Shown here one piece after another: positions 38,877 through 49,067 of a stretch of 64,000 nucleotides of DNA. This DNA comes from Candidatus Thorarchaeota archaeon (GTDB taxonomy: Archaea; Asgardarchaeota; Thorarchaeia; Thorarchaeales; Thorarchaeaceae). Under the pieces are notes generated by a model. The model had not been told where the DNA came from, did no database searches, and saw only the letters and a program-made list of their open reading frames with translations. The DNA lies in contig DXJO01000038.1 in the NCBI GenBank assembly GCA_019057475.1, positions 59,725 to 123,724 on the forward strand, given 5' to 3'. Both the position numbers and the translations under genes were made by a program. Position 1 is the stretch's first letter, and the number at the start of each line of letters is the position of its first letter.

Positions 38877-39007
38877 GAATGCTGGTATAGAGGGTCTAGA
38901 TGCTATCGACCCGAAATGGCGTGAAGTTCGACATTGATAAGAACCTTTCGCCAACAATAGCCGTGCAGACAGATTTGATAATAAGCGGGAGTCATTCTTG
39001 CATTGTT

Positions 39008-39694
39008 ATGAGCCCCAGCGATAGTGAACTTCGCGGCGTTGCCGGGATTGATGAGGCCGGCCGCGGTCCATTAATCGGCCCTCTTGTTGTTTGTGGAACA
39101 CTTTTCGAGCAAGAAATGATTCACGATTTGAATGATTTGAGAGTGAAGGACTCAAAGAAGTTGACTCCAAGGCGCCGAACGCAGCTATTGGAACCAATCA
39201 AAAGGCTTGCCAGCAAGATTGAATTGCGGTCCATATCGGCGTCTGAAATCGACAGGCTGAGAGGGCAAAAAGTGAATCTGAATGAGATTGAAGTCCGTGC
39301 GTTTGTTTCCATAGCCCAAGCTCTGAAACCCTCCTTGCTATATTTGGATGCCGTAGACGTAAAGGCGCAAAGATTCGGAACAGCGGTTTCCGAGCGAAGC
39401 GGTCTGTCGACGTTGGGGTGCAAAGTCGTGTCAGAACACAAAGCCGATTCGAAGTACCCTGTTGTTTCTGCAGCTTCTATCGTGGCCAAGGTAGAGCGCG
39501 ATACAGCTATCAAGCTTCTTCATGAGGAGTTTGGAGATTTCGGCTCTGGCTATCCGTCAGATCCAAAGACTATCGAGTTCGTCCGGGGTTTCCTGTCCGA
39601 TACAGGGGAACTACCAAGCATAATCCGGCACAGCTGGGAATCAGTCAACAGAATACGAGATGAATTAAGGGCCAAGCAGTTGAGCCTTGGCTAG
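39008..39694 (+). CDS. rnhB: Ribonuclease HII
   Basis: GIDEAGRGPLIGPLV, VKDSKKL, HKAD.KYPVVSAASIVAKV.RD, GSGYPSDP. Confidence 0.96.
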   Translation: MSPSDSELRGVAGIDEAGRGPLIGPLVVCGTLFEQEMIHDLNDLRVKDSKKLTPRRRTQLLEPIKRLASKIELRSISASEIDRLRGQKVNLNEIEVRAFVSIAQALKPSLLYLDAVDVKAQRFGTAVSERSGLSTLGCKVVSEHKADSKYPVVSAASIVAKVERDTAIKLLHEEFGDFGSGYPSDPKTIEFVRGFLSDTGELPSIIRHSWESVNRIRDELRAKQLSLG

Positions 39695-39701
39695 CCTCAG
39701 T

Positions 39702-40664
39702 CTATGTGCTTGATCTCTCATCTAGTATCTTCTTGAGATCACGTGGCTTTTCAATGTCATCTAGTTCATGTTGTCTAATCACTGGCAAATCTGATACGCT
39801 CTCTTGTGCGCGACCTTCTTCCACAATGATGAGTGCGTCAGACTCCGTGACGCTGGAAAGGCTCTTCAGAATCCCAACGCGTTTCTGCAGTCCCCCGCTC
39901 TTTAGTGAGCCAACTCCGGATATCAGCGGAGGTCCTTTCTCCTTTGCTGCCACGTTGAACGGAGCACGGTCAGTCCAAAGCACCTTCATACCTAATCGGT
40001 CGAAGAATTCATTCACCTTTATCTCAAGATTGGGTATTTGCATTGGCTTTCCTGGCTCGGTGAGATGCTCTCGTGCCCAGGGCTCACTAAAGACATCAAT
40101 GGGTATCACAAGATCAGTTTCAAGTACTTTCTCTAAGCAATCAGCCACGTTGGTGCTAATATCCATCTCATCCTTCTCATATGCCAAGATAGCTCGGGCT
40201 GAAACTTCAACACATTCAGCTAGTTCCTCCTTGGTCATGCTCTGGGAGAGCCGCACCTCTCTGAGCTTTGCACCATCGATTGCTACAAACCGCCCACCCC
40301 GCTGGATGAATTCACGAGGCATCTTCCTTTCTGCAATTATGCTACGTAGACTAGTTGGTGCGATGGTGGAAACTCCATATCTCTTGTACACCACGCCAGA
40401 GCTAAGCGCAGCTCTCCGAGTTCTTATTCCTATTATGAGCGGAGTAGCGTTGAAGAAATGAGCAATAAGCTGAAGCGCAATTGCGTCCTCACTGGTCAAG
40501 GAGTCAATGTTGGCCAAGACCTTTACAAGTATGAGTTGGTCTTCCCTACGCGCTACCAAGTCAAAGCAACTCGGACGCACATCACATTGTGATGACGGAC
40601 TAAACCCAGCTTCCTCTAACTGAGTAGTCACATCGCGAATGAGCTTGGTTCTAGCCTTGGTCAA
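39702..40664 (-). CDS. Archaeal HTH transcriptional regulator (COG1395-like)
   Basis: SCFDLVARR, KVLANIDSL, GVVY.RYGV, RGGRFVAIDG..LRE.R, Cro-type HTH. Confidence 0.85.
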   Translation of the reverse strand: MTKARTKLIRDVTTQLEEAGFSPSSQCDVRPSCFDLVARREDQLILVKVLANIDSLTSEDAIALQLIAHFFNATPLIIGIRTRRAALSSGVVYKRYGVSTIAPTSLRSIIAERKMPREFIQRGGRFVAIDGAKLREVRLSQSMTKEELAECVEVSARAILAYEKDEMDISTNVADCLEKVLETDLVIPIDVFSEPWAREHLTEPGKPMQIPNLEIKVNEFFDRLGMKVLWTDRAPFNVAAKEKGPPLISGVGSLKSGGLQKRVGILKSLSSVTESDALIIVEEGRAQESVSDLPVIRQHELDDIEKPRDLKKILDERSST

Positions 40665-40740
40665 AGCAAACGTCTCTCATTCAACCTACGAATGTAACCT
40701 TTTCAGGATTCCTGCTTGTACATGCAAAGGCATGAACCAC

Positions 40741-41202
40741 TCACTCTGGCTTTCCGCGATTCGTTTCAGCAGACATTGTGAATCCTATGCAAGTAGTGGA
40801 TGGCAATTTGCGACGTAGTACTTGCACCTGAGGTCTTACCAGTCGGTCATTTATTTTCCACCCCGGGAGTTTATCCCATTCTAGGTCAACATCTCCTACG
40901 ATAAGATGCTGAATGAGAAACAACTCCACTTTGTTACCTGCAATGGTGTGCATTCCTGGTCCATAGTCGATGCGTCTTAGAATCACTATTGGCAACCATA
41001 TATCGCCATGGAACTTCCGTGGAACTATCTCTCCGAGTTTTGCGATTTCCTCTTTGTGAAAGGCTGAGGTTTCGCCATTGCGAGTAATGTATTGGGGCGA
41101 TTCTGCAGCGATCAACTCTTTGAGAGAAATTCTCCCTCTGGGCAAGTCATCATTAATAGAGTCTATGTCATGTTCCAGCAATTTGTCGATGTTCGAACCC
41201 AC
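40741..41202 (-). CDS. DUF61 (UPF0216)-family protein
   Basis: INDDLP..RISL.EL.....P....RNG....F...E; LPIVI. Confidence 0.75.
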   Translation of the reverse strand: MGSNIDKLLEHDIDSINDDLPRGRISLKELIAAESPQYITRNGETSAFHKEEIAKLGEIVPRKFHGDIWLPIVILRRIDYGPGMHTIAGNKVELFLIQHLIVGDVDLEWDKLPGWKINDRLVRPQVQVLRRKLPSTTCIGFTMSAETNRGKPE

Positions 41203-41215
41203 TTAATGCCCTCCA

Positions 41216-41908
41216 TCATCCTGTTACTCGGACAACTATCATCATGTGATCCTTCTCCAGCGGTTCAAGATCTACCGTTTCCACAATCTCAAGATCGTAG
41301 TTGTCGAGCGTGGATATCTCCTTTTTGTAAACTGTCCTAACATCAGCTGTAGAATCTATGCTGCGCGCCTTGATAGCGATCATACCCCATGCTCCGTCTG
41401 AACAGAATGCACTAAGATTCTCAAAGAAAATTCTCGCTTGATCCGTTTGAGCAACATCTTGGTAGACGACATCAATAGGACCTGCCACTAGAGGGGAATA
41501 TCTGGTTGGGTGTCTGGCATCGCTAACGATTGGGAACACGTTGGTCCTAGTTTCGCTCAGCTGGAGCAGTTTTCTTGCAACTCGTGGTGAGAACTCTACA
41601 GCGTAGATGATGCCCCGCGGGCCTACAATATCAGACACATGACTTACTGTGGTTCCCGAGGCAGCTCCTAGGTAGAGCACTCTGGAACCTGGTTGTATTG
41701 GCATCTCCTTTAGGCCTTTCAGAATGGATGCTGCCAACTTTGATCGTCTTGGCATCCAGAGTCGAAATTCGCCATCTTCTGCTTTAATCAGCTTCTCTCC
41801 GTAAACACTTTCACCCGGAACTAATGAGAGCGTGGCGAGCGATGACCTCTCTCCAGTTTTGATTGTGAAGATCCCCGGTAACCGGTGCTTCTCAACCTTC
41901 GTTATCAC
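41216..41908 (-). CDS. flpA: Fibrillarin (box C/D 2'-O-methyltransferase)
   Basis: VYGEK, RSKLAA, VLYLGAASGTTVSHVSD, DVAQ, IKARSID. Confidence 0.96.
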   Translation of the reverse strand: MITKVEKHRLPGIFTIKTGERSSLATLSLVPGESVYGEKLIKAEDGEFRLWMPRRSKLAASILKGLKEMPIQPGSRVLYLGAASGTTVSHVSDIVGPRGIIYAVEFSPRVARKLLQLSETRTNVFPIVSDARHPTRYSPLVAGPIDVVYQDVAQTDQARIFFENLSAFCSDGAWGMIAIKARSIDSTADVRTVYKKEISTLDNYDLEIVETVDLEPLEKDHMMIVVRVTG

Positions 41909-43162
41909 CTAGTTTCCCCACTTTCTTCTCTTTCCGGATCTGTGATCCCTTCTTCCTCGTTTCTTCTGTGGCCGCCTGTCAGGTTTCTTAGGTGGCTTGG
42001 GTGGAGGTGCCTCTGGATACAGTCGTCGAATCTCTTCAACTCTTTTGTTGAATCGAGCCTTAAGGTCTTCACCAACATCTCTCTCAGAATATGCATCAAT
42101 GCGTGCTGCAATGGATAGCTTGCCTGCCAGTGCTCTAGCAATCTTTCCTCTCTGCCAGTATGGTGCAGTATGTATATCTGCCACCTGGAAAATCACGCCA
42201 TGTTTCGGGGGACTAGCCCCGGTTTTCAGACTTCGGAAGAGTGCCTTCTCGGCGCCAAAGATTTGTACAGCACTTGATGGTTTGCGTGCCAACTCCATGA
42301 GCGAGCCTGCAAGACTGATGAGTCGAGCTCCAACAAGAGGGCCGACGAGTGCAGTGACATTCGGCGCGAGAGTGTCCATGAGACCCGATAAATACTCCTC
42401 CAGTTCATGCCTCATTTCATGGAGGTTTACAATTCTCTCTGCCAATTTCCGGAGGATGACAATGTCTGTATCCCGAAACTCAGCGCCTGTGTCCTTATCC
42501 AAACTCTCCATAATCGACTTGGTCAGCGAGTCCGACAGACCTGAGGCGGTTAGAGCCCCCTTATTGATTTGTGATTTCCCACCACATTCTTTCACAGTTT
42601 GGACGAACTGCTTGTTATCTTCAACCAACCTGCTGAGCGACGGATGATGGAGTGAGTATATTTCCCGAAGCCGCATTGTGAGCACATTGATTGATTTATC
42701 AATCTCGCCAATGGTGTCCACCGCATGTTTCACGAGAATATCCTTCTCTTCGCTGGCCTCAACCACTGTGGCTTTTGCTACGATCAGTGCCACATCTCGT
42801 CTGAAAGAAGAAGCCTCTTCTGCGGAGCCAATCTTTCCACTTTCAACTAGGTACGTATCCTCACCGTTTCTGAATCCAGTCACTACATCAGGCTTCTCGT
42901 CAACTCTCACCGGAATCTTCGTTGCTTGTGAAAGCGCTCGTGCCAGCGTTAACCCATCAACAAGAATCTCGTCGATTTTGAGTTTTTCCAAACTCTTCAA
43001 GACTACTTTCAAAGAATCTGATGAGCTTCCGTCATTGACTGCCATGATGTTCGAGGAAGCGAGCTCAGCATCGGGGTAAGCAATCTGTTCAACAACAATT
43101 TTGCTCTCTGAGTTTAGCACGAAGATCCCGAACGATGTGAGAGTGAGATAGACTGTCACCAT
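41909..43162 (-). CDS. nop5: Nop5 (Nop56/58) box C/D RNP protein
   Basis: APN...LVG..VGARLI..AGSL..LA, GAEKALF, PKHGVIFQ, RGKIARALAGK. Confidence 0.95.
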   Translation of the reverse strand: MVTVYLTLTSFGIFVLNSESKIVVEQIAYPDAELASSNIMAVNDGSSSDSLKVVLKSLEKLKIDEILVDGLTLARALSQATKIPVRVDEKPDVVTGFRNGEDTYLVESGKIGSAEEASSFRRDVALIVAKATVVEASEEKDILVKHAVDTIGEIDKSINVLTMRLREIYSLHHPSLSRLVEDNKQFVQTVKECGGKSQINKGALTASGLSDSLTKSIMESLDKDTGAEFRDTDIVILRKLAERIVNLHEMRHELEEYLSGLMDTLAPNVTALVGPLVGARLISLAGSLMELARKPSSAVQIFGAEKALFRSLKTGASPPKHGVIFQVADIHTAPYWQRGKIARALAGKLSIAARIDAYSERDVGEDLKARFNKRVEEIRRLYPEAPPPKPPKKPDRRPQKKRGRRDHRSGKRRKWGN

Positions 43163-43289
43163 TAATCATCTCTAAGGATGACTCTCCATGCAATACTCGG
43201 ATAAGTGTGACGTTGCATCAGCGGAGCTCCTGAATGACTGCCATTGAGCTTATTACACAACATAGAGCATTATTCTGACAGGTGACCGC

Positions 43290-44159
43290 TTGAAGATACA
43301 AGGCTATTGGTTGGCTTCTGGGATTCTAGGCGTCACAGGTGCAATCATGAAGCGCGTTGGCGTTTCAGGTGCAGACGCGATTGTTACGAAGTCTATTGGG
43401 CTCGCTTCAAGAAGGGGGCATTCTGGCCCAATCTTGGCCACATCGCATGGCGGGCTTCTCAATGCCGTGGGATTGACAAACCCCGGGATTGAGGGTTTCA
43501 AGGACGAGATTTCAATCCTGAGCGACTCTGGGATCCCTGTTGTACTGAGCATCTTTGGGAGCACCATAGACGAAATCACCGAAGTTGCCACCAAAGGCCT
43601 CGAACTGAACCCAGCTGCTTTCGAGCTTAATCTGTCGTGTCCTCATGCAGAGATTGGACAGATAGCCCACGATCCTGACCTAACATTCAGATACGTCAAG
43701 TCTGTGAAGGATGTAGTTGACCGTCCAGTCTTTGCTAAGATTACCCCAAATGCTTCCGATGTTGTTTCTATAGGAGCGGCTGCAGAACGCGCAGGAGCGG
43801 ATGCTGTGGTTGCTATCAACACTGTGCGTGGAATGAAGATCGATATCTATCAGAAGCGCCCGGTGCTTGGCAACAAAGTGGGCGGGCTCTCCGGACCACC
43901 GGTATTCCCGATTGCAGTGAGATGCGTATATGATCTCTACAGAGAGCTCTCAATACCAATAATCGGAGTTGGCGGTGTTACCTCATGGGAGGACGCAGTT
44001 GAGATGCATTTGGCCGGTGCAAGCGCAATCCAAGTGGGTACAGCTGTACTCGACAGTGTCGATGTTTTTAATCACATCAAGCAGGGTGTTGCGAAGTATC
44101 TCCATGATGAGGGAATCTCAAAAATCTCCGAGATCGTCGGGGCAGCTACGAGGTCGTAG
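43290..44159 (+). CDS. pyrD: Dihydroorotate dehydrogenase family 1B catalytic subunit
   Basis: ASG, TKS, NAVGLTNPG, ELNLSCPH, INT, GGLSG. Confidence 0.94.
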   Translation: MKIQGYWLASGILGVTGAIMKRVGVSGADAIVTKSIGLASRRGHSGPILATSHGGLLNAVGLTNPGIEGFKDEISILSDSGIPVVLSIFGSTIDEITEVATKGLELNPAAFELNLSCPHAEIGQIAHDPDLTFRYVKSVKDVVDRPVFAKITPNASDVVSIGAAAERAGADAVVAINTVRGMKIDIYQKRPVLGNKVGGLSGPPVFPIAVRCVYDLYRELSIPIIGVGGVTSWEDAVEMHLAGASAIQVGTAVLDSVDVFNHIKQGVAKYLHDEGISKISEIVGAATRS

Positions 44160-44161
44160 TA

Positions 44162-44986
44162 ATGGATATCGAGAAACTGATGGGAACCCCCACAACAGTC
44201 CAGGTTTCTAAGACAATCAGTGAGAACAAGAAAGCACGTACTCTAGTCTTCGAGCTACCTGAGGCTAATCATCAATTCAAGCCCGGCCAGTTTCTCATGT
44301 GTTGGATTCCAGGAATCGATGAGATTCCAATGAGCATATCGCTATGGAATCCTCCAGAAGTCGGTGTGACAGTGCTTCCGGTGGGTGAAGCAACCAGTGT
44401 GTTCTCAGCTCTCTCCACAGGTCAGAGGTTTGGGGTTAGGGGGCCATTTGGTTCTGGTTTTTCCCTTGAATGTGAGCGGGCTCTAATCATAGGTGGGGGA
44501 ATAGGAATGGCGCCTCTGAGACCGTTGGTGTATCAGTTGCGTGAGCATGGGATTGATGCGACTGCACTCGTGGCAGCTAAGACCAAGAATGAACTCCTGT
44601 ACGTTGATGAACTTGAGGGATTAGTAGGTGATGGCTTCGATGTCCAAGTGGCCACCGATGATGGCTCAGCAGGTTTCAAGGGCATTGCAACAGATGCTGC
44701 TCGTAAGATATTCCAGAATGCACGCTACGACACCATTTACACCTGTGGACCCGAACCGATGATGGCTAAACTCCACATGATTGCCAAAGAGATGGATATC
44801 ACGATTCAAGCATCATTGGAGAGGTTCATGAAGTGCGGATGCGGAATATGCGGCACATGCGCTCTGGACCCAACTGGTGACCTAGTCTGCGTGGAAGGTC
44901 CTGTGTTCACTGGAAACAGACTGAATGCCATAGACGAATTCGGAAAATATCATCGTGACTCCACTGGAGTAAAAATACGATTCTAG
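44162..44986 (+). CDS. pyrK: Dihydroorotate dehydrogenase electron-transfer subunit
   Basis: PGQF, RGPFG, GGGIG, CGPEPM, MKCGCGICGTC...C.EGPVF. Confidence 0.94.
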   Translation: MDIEKLMGTPTTVQVSKTISENKKARTLVFELPEANHQFKPGQFLMCWIPGIDEIPMSISLWNPPEVGVTVLPVGEATSVFSALSTGQRFGVRGPFGSGFSLECERALIIGGGIGMAPLRPLVYQLREHGIDATALVAAKTKNELLYVDELEGLVGDGFDVQVATDDGSAGFKGIATDAARKIFQNARYDTIYTCGPEPMMAKLHMIAKEMDITIQASLERFMKCGCGICGTCALDPTGDLVCVEGPVFTGNRLNAIDEFGKYHRDSTGVKIRF

Positions 44987-45025
44987 CAGAGTCGAAGATA
45001 CTGCTCAAGAAGGATGCGCTATCTC

Positions 45026-45187
45026 TTACTTGCGGACTCCGATAACCTGTCCCTTGATGACACGCTTGATGTAGTTCCTCTTGTGGCGGATGCGTGGAAT
45101 GGGTGTGTGACGCTCACGACCCTTTACCTTTGGGGTTGACTCTCTGACTTTGCCCGCCTTTGTTAGGGATCCGTGTGAACCTGGCAT
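45026..45187 (-). CDS. rps30e: 30S ribosomal protein S30e
   Basis: Missed by track. Hand translation: MPGSHGSLTKAGKVRESTPKVKGRERHTPIPRIRHKRNYIKRVIKGQVIGVRK. Confidence 0.95.
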   Translation of the reverse strand: MPGSHGSLTKAGKVRESTPKVKGRERHTPIPRIRHKRNYIKRVIKGQVIGVRK

Positions 45188-45304
45188 CTGTACTACCTCT
45201 TTTCAGTGCTATAGGTGAACCCACAAAGTGCTCATAAAAAGCTATCCAATGGGCGCAACCTAACCACAACATCATTATCACGAATCGGTGATTAACTGTA
45301 CGCC

Positions 45305-46915
45305 ATGCCTATTCATGACGATGACTATGCGCTCCACAGGGAGATTATTGAAGCACTTCTCAGCTCTGATCATCCCTTGGACCGCCGTGTAGTCAATCGT
45401 ATCAAGAATAGAATTTGTGGTAAGTACAGATGTGCAAGAGTCCCATCAAATCCAGACATACTTCAGGCAGCGATTCCTGAGGAAATCGAGGTCCTGAGGC
45501 CATTTCTCCAAAAACGACCAGTGCGCACAATTTCTGGTGTGGCTGTCGTGGCCACAATGACTGAGCCATATGCTTGCCCGCACGGCAAATGCGCATACTG
45601 TCCGGGCGGTCCTGAGGCTGGCGTTCCACAGAGCTACACAGGCCATGAGCCGGCAACGATGAGGGGCCTACAGCACGAGTTTGATCCCTATCGGCAGACC
45701 GAAAGCAGATTGAATCAGTTACACACAATTGGTCACTCAATTGAGAAAGTAGAGCTCATAGTGATGGGTGGTGACTGGTGCTCTAAACCCTCAGAATATC
45801 GTGAATTCTTCGTCAAAGGATGCCTCGACGCAATGAATGGCATACCGAGTAAGAATTTGAGTGAAGCGAAGGCGTTGAACGAGTCTTCAGAAGTTCGCAA
45901 TGTGGGCATTACCTTTGAAACACGCCCCGACTGGGTAACTGAGGCTAGTCTTGACGATATACTGGAAATGGGCGCAACAAGGGTCGAAATCGGTGTGCAA
46001 ACACTCTCTGATGATGTCTTGGAGCTTGTAGAGCGCGGCCATGATGTTGAGGCCACGATACAGGCAACCAAGTTACTTCGAGACAGTGGGCTGAAAGTCG
46101 CTTATCACATGATGCCAGGACTGCCCACAAGCTCCCCCGAAGATGACCTTGTGATGTTTGAAACACTCTTCAAAGACCCACATTTCTGTCCAGATATGCT
46201 GAAAATCTACCCTACAATCGTCACAAAGAACACAAAACTGCATGAATGGTGGGTCAATGGCGACTATAGGCCCTATGCCACTGAACAGACGGTTTCTCTG
46301 ATTGCTGAGGCAGTGAGTAGAATGCCCGAATATGTTCGAATTCAGCGGATGCAGCGTGACATTCCACTTCATCGGATTGAGGCCGGACTAGATGTAGGTA
46401 ATCTTCGGGAATTAGTGAATCAGAGAATGAAATCATTGAATTTAAGGAATCCAACGATAAGATTCAGGGAGATTGGTCATTTCCAAATGAGGAACGATGA
46501 ACATATTGATTTTGATTCCATTCGATTGGTGCGGAGGGATTACGACGCGTCTGAAGGCGTCGAGTCTTTCCTCTCTTTTGAGGAACCTGATTCTGATGTG
46601 ATATTCGCCTTTCTCAGACTCAGGAGGCCTAGCGAAGACGCACATAGACCTGAGATTAGGGATGGGAATTGCGTTATGATTCGAGAACTGCGAGTCTACG
46701 GGCCCGTAGTGAACATCGGAGAACGAGATCCTTACGCTTGGCAACATCAAGGGCTGGGGGAGAAACTGATTGCCGCTGCAGAGCTGATTGGACAAGATGA
46801 ATTCGAAGCTGATAGAATCCTAGTCAATAGCGGCATTGGCGTGAAGCCATACTACCGTGCTCTTGGCTTCACAGATACTGGTCCGTACCTCAGCAAGAAC
46901 CTGCAGAAGAAGTAA
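45305..46915 (+). CDS. elp3: Elp3 tRNA U34 acetyltransferase (radical SAM + GNAT)
   Basis: RTISGVAVVA, CPHGKCAYCPGG, QSYTGHEPA, ETRPD, RELRVYG, QHQGLG. Confidence 0.95.
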   Translation: MPIHDDDYALHREIIEALLSSDHPLDRRVVNRIKNRICGKYRCARVPSNPDILQAAIPEEIEVLRPFLQKRPVRTISGVAVVATMTEPYACPHGKCAYCPGGPEAGVPQSYTGHEPATMRGLQHEFDPYRQTESRLNQLHTIGHSIEKVELIVMGGDWCSKPSEYREFFVKGCLDAMNGIPSKNLSEAKALNESSEVRNVGITFETRPDWVTEASLDDILEMGATRVEIGVQTLSDDVLELVERGHDVEATIQATKLLRDSGLKVAYHMMPGLPTSSPEDDLVMFETLFKDPHFCPDMLKIYPTIVTKNTKLHEWWVNGDYRPYATEQTVSLIAEAVSRMPEYVRIQRMQRDIPLHRIEAGLDVGNLRELVNQRMKSLNLRNPTIRFREIGHFQMRNDEHIDFDSIRLVRRDYDASEGVESFLSFEEPDSDVIFAFLRLRRPSEDAHRPEIRDGNCVMIRELRVYGPVVNIGERDPYAWQHQGLGEKLIAAAELIGQDEFEADRILVNSGIGVKPYYRALGFTDTGPYLSKNLQKK

Positions 46916-47002
46916 TGGCGCTGAGGATGAGATTCGTCGAAATAGTCAAATGCTGCTGGAATTGTTAGTACAGTGTGAGAGTGAGTAGAGATATCTGATC
47001 AA

Positions 47003-48031
47003 TTGACTAAAGCACTTGATGCAACTATTCAGAAACGGGTTGATGAAGGAATAGAGAAATATCTTATTTCTAGAGGTATTGAAATCCCAAAGAAAAAGGA
47101 TGATAAAGCAATCACCAAGAAGAAAGTTTTGGATAATACAATCGCATCCGGTTTTCTATTAGAGGTTGAAATTCATCAGCAACTTTGGTCTAGAAGTGAA
47201 AAATGGTATGCTGAAGTACAACGCCCTTTTTGGGATATAGATTACAAAATCCCTAGACATAAACAGACAGAACAATATCGAGATCAAGGTGAATCAGCTC
47301 CTGTTGGAGCTAAAGTTCGCCTTATGGATATAGTTGCAAGTAGATCTCAAAATCTCGCAAAGGATTCAATCTTTAGGAGTAATACGATTTCCGTTGTTAT
47401 TGAATGTAAACGTCACACGAAACAAAATCTTGTCTTCTATGATGAAGAATGGTCTAAAGTGGAAATCGATAATTTGCTCTTAGGTATTGATGAGAAATCC
47501 ACGGATAAATATATACTTGCAATAACGAAAGAAGATATTTCGGTATCACGAAAATTATACAATTGCATAGGTAAAACTGATTCAGATCATCATCATAGTT
47601 CTTCAAATTTATCTAGAATTGGACTTTCAGGTACTGGTTTATCTGGAAAAGAGCAAACAAATTCGCTAAGAGAAGCATGCGCAGCAGTTACTGATGCAGC
47701 TGATTACTTTGCACTATATTATCAGAAAATGACCGACTATCATACTGGATCTTTCAGGCTGGACCAAAAGCCTGATTATTGGAGATTGTATCCAGTTCTC
47801 GTCTATGATGGCCCAATGTGGACCGTATCCAAATCAGATAGAGGCGAATTGGATATTGACCAAGCATCATCTGTAACTTATTGTTTCATGAAAGGAAATA
47901 GACCACATTTGATTGATATTGTGCATCGTAATGAATTCGGCAATTATCTAACTATTCTCGACGAAGAATTAGAAGGAACAAGCAAAATACTAAACGACAT
48001 TAAGCAAAGTGATGAAATGGGTTTCGACTAA
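47003..48031 (+). CDS. Putative PD-(D/E)XK (restriction endonuclease-like) nuclease
   Basis: SGFLLE (motif I Glu), MDIVA (motif II), VVIECK (motif III). Confidence 0.7.
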   Translation: MTKALDATIQKRVDEGIEKYLISRGIEIPKKKDDKAITKKKVLDNTIASGFLLEVEIHQQLWSRSEKWYAEVQRPFWDIDYKIPRHKQTEQYRDQGESAPVGAKVRLMDIVASRSQNLAKDSIFRSNTISVVIECKRHTKQNLVFYDEEWSKVEIDNLLLGIDEKSTDKYILAITKEDISVSRKLYNCIGKTDSDHHHSSSNLSRIGLSGTGLSGKEQTNSLREACAAVTDAADYFALYYQKMTDYHTGSFRLDQKPDYWRLYPVLVYDGPMWTVSKSDRGELDIDQASSVTYCFMKGNRPHLIDIVHRNEFGNYLTILDEELEGTSKILNDIKQSDEMGFD

Positions 48032-49008
48032 TTTTCATTATTCTCAAAGTCATTCCATTCAAGACCCAAATTATCCTCTGCCCAGTGGACATACCGATGA
48101 CATTTTTGGCACAATGCCGTCCACTCATCAGGATCTAGAGATTCAAGATTACCTCTTGACCATAAGACACTAGAAGAATGTGATCTTCCATCTTTCCTAT
48201 GGATGACCAGACTTCGTTCTTCTGAATCATCACATAGACTACACACCTCACCAAAAAGGGATTTGCGTAATTCATTAATACTCTCTCTGGTTTCCTCATA
48301 TTTTTGTGATCGTTTACTGTCCTTAGATATAACAAAAGGTTCTGGACCTTGTGAAATCATTTTCCTTTTTCTCTTGAGATATCGCTCTATATCACTCCAA
48401 TCCGTATTGTATCGTTCTCTCAACCAATGTACTCCTCTATGGCATGCGATACAGAGAGGTGCCCAATCTTCTGGATCTATAGATTCCAAGTTGTTCTTTA
48501 GCCAAAGAGCGTTTTGCTTGTGGTCTTTGAAGTCTTTCCGATGAATTGCTATTGTCTTTTCTTCGTTGTTAGTACCACATATCTTACATTCTGTTCCAAA
48601 AAGTTGCGCTCTCATTTCTTTTTGTCGTTTATCTGATCTCTCTTTGCTAGCAATTTTCCGTTCTTCGTCGGAAGAATAATGTGTTCTGGCTGAACCTTTA
48701 CCCCATCGTCCACGAATTTCCCAGTCATTCTCCTTGAAAACACGCTGAATTGGACTAGTTGAATTTAGTCCAAGTTTTTCAGCTACTTCTCCTTGAGGAA
48801 GGCCTTCCTGAAAATACAGCTTGTAGACATCATCTGGATTAACTTTTTTTCTTCTTGGTGCTGGAGGTCTGGCTTCCCATCCTTTTTCTTTAAACATTGC
48901 AATGATAATGTGTTTCTTAACCTCTAGTTCTTCAGCTATTTCTCTCTGTGTTTTTCCTTCGTCGAAATATAATCGATGCACTTGTTGATGAATAGGACAC
49001 ATTTCCAA
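48028..49008 (-). CDS. Protein with two HTH repeats followed by two HNH-like Zn-finger nuclease repeats
   Basis: LYF.EG..Q.E.AE.L twice; LFG..CxxC...IHRKD...LES.DP..W..LCxxCHR.VHW twice. Confidence 0.8.
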   Translation of the reverse strand: MEMCPIHQQVHRLYFDEGKTQREIAEELEVKKHIIIAMFKEKGWEARPPAPRRKKVNPDDVYKLYFQEGLPQGEVAEKLGLNSTSPIQRVFKENDWEIRGRWGKGSARTHYSSDEERKIASKERSDKRQKEMRAQLFGTECKICGTNNEEKTIAIHRKDFKDHKQNALWLKNNLESIDPEDWAPLCIACHRGVHWLRERYNTDWSDIERYLKRKRKMISQGPEPFVISKDSKRSQKYEETRESINELRKSLFGEVCSLCDDSEERSLVIHRKDGRSHSSSVLWSRGNLESLDPDEWTALCQKCHRYVHWAEDNLGLEWNDFENNEN

Positions 49009-49067
49009 CTATTGTACTCATCTTCCAGCTTTTATTCTCATACTAATATAACAAGCAAAATAGAAAG

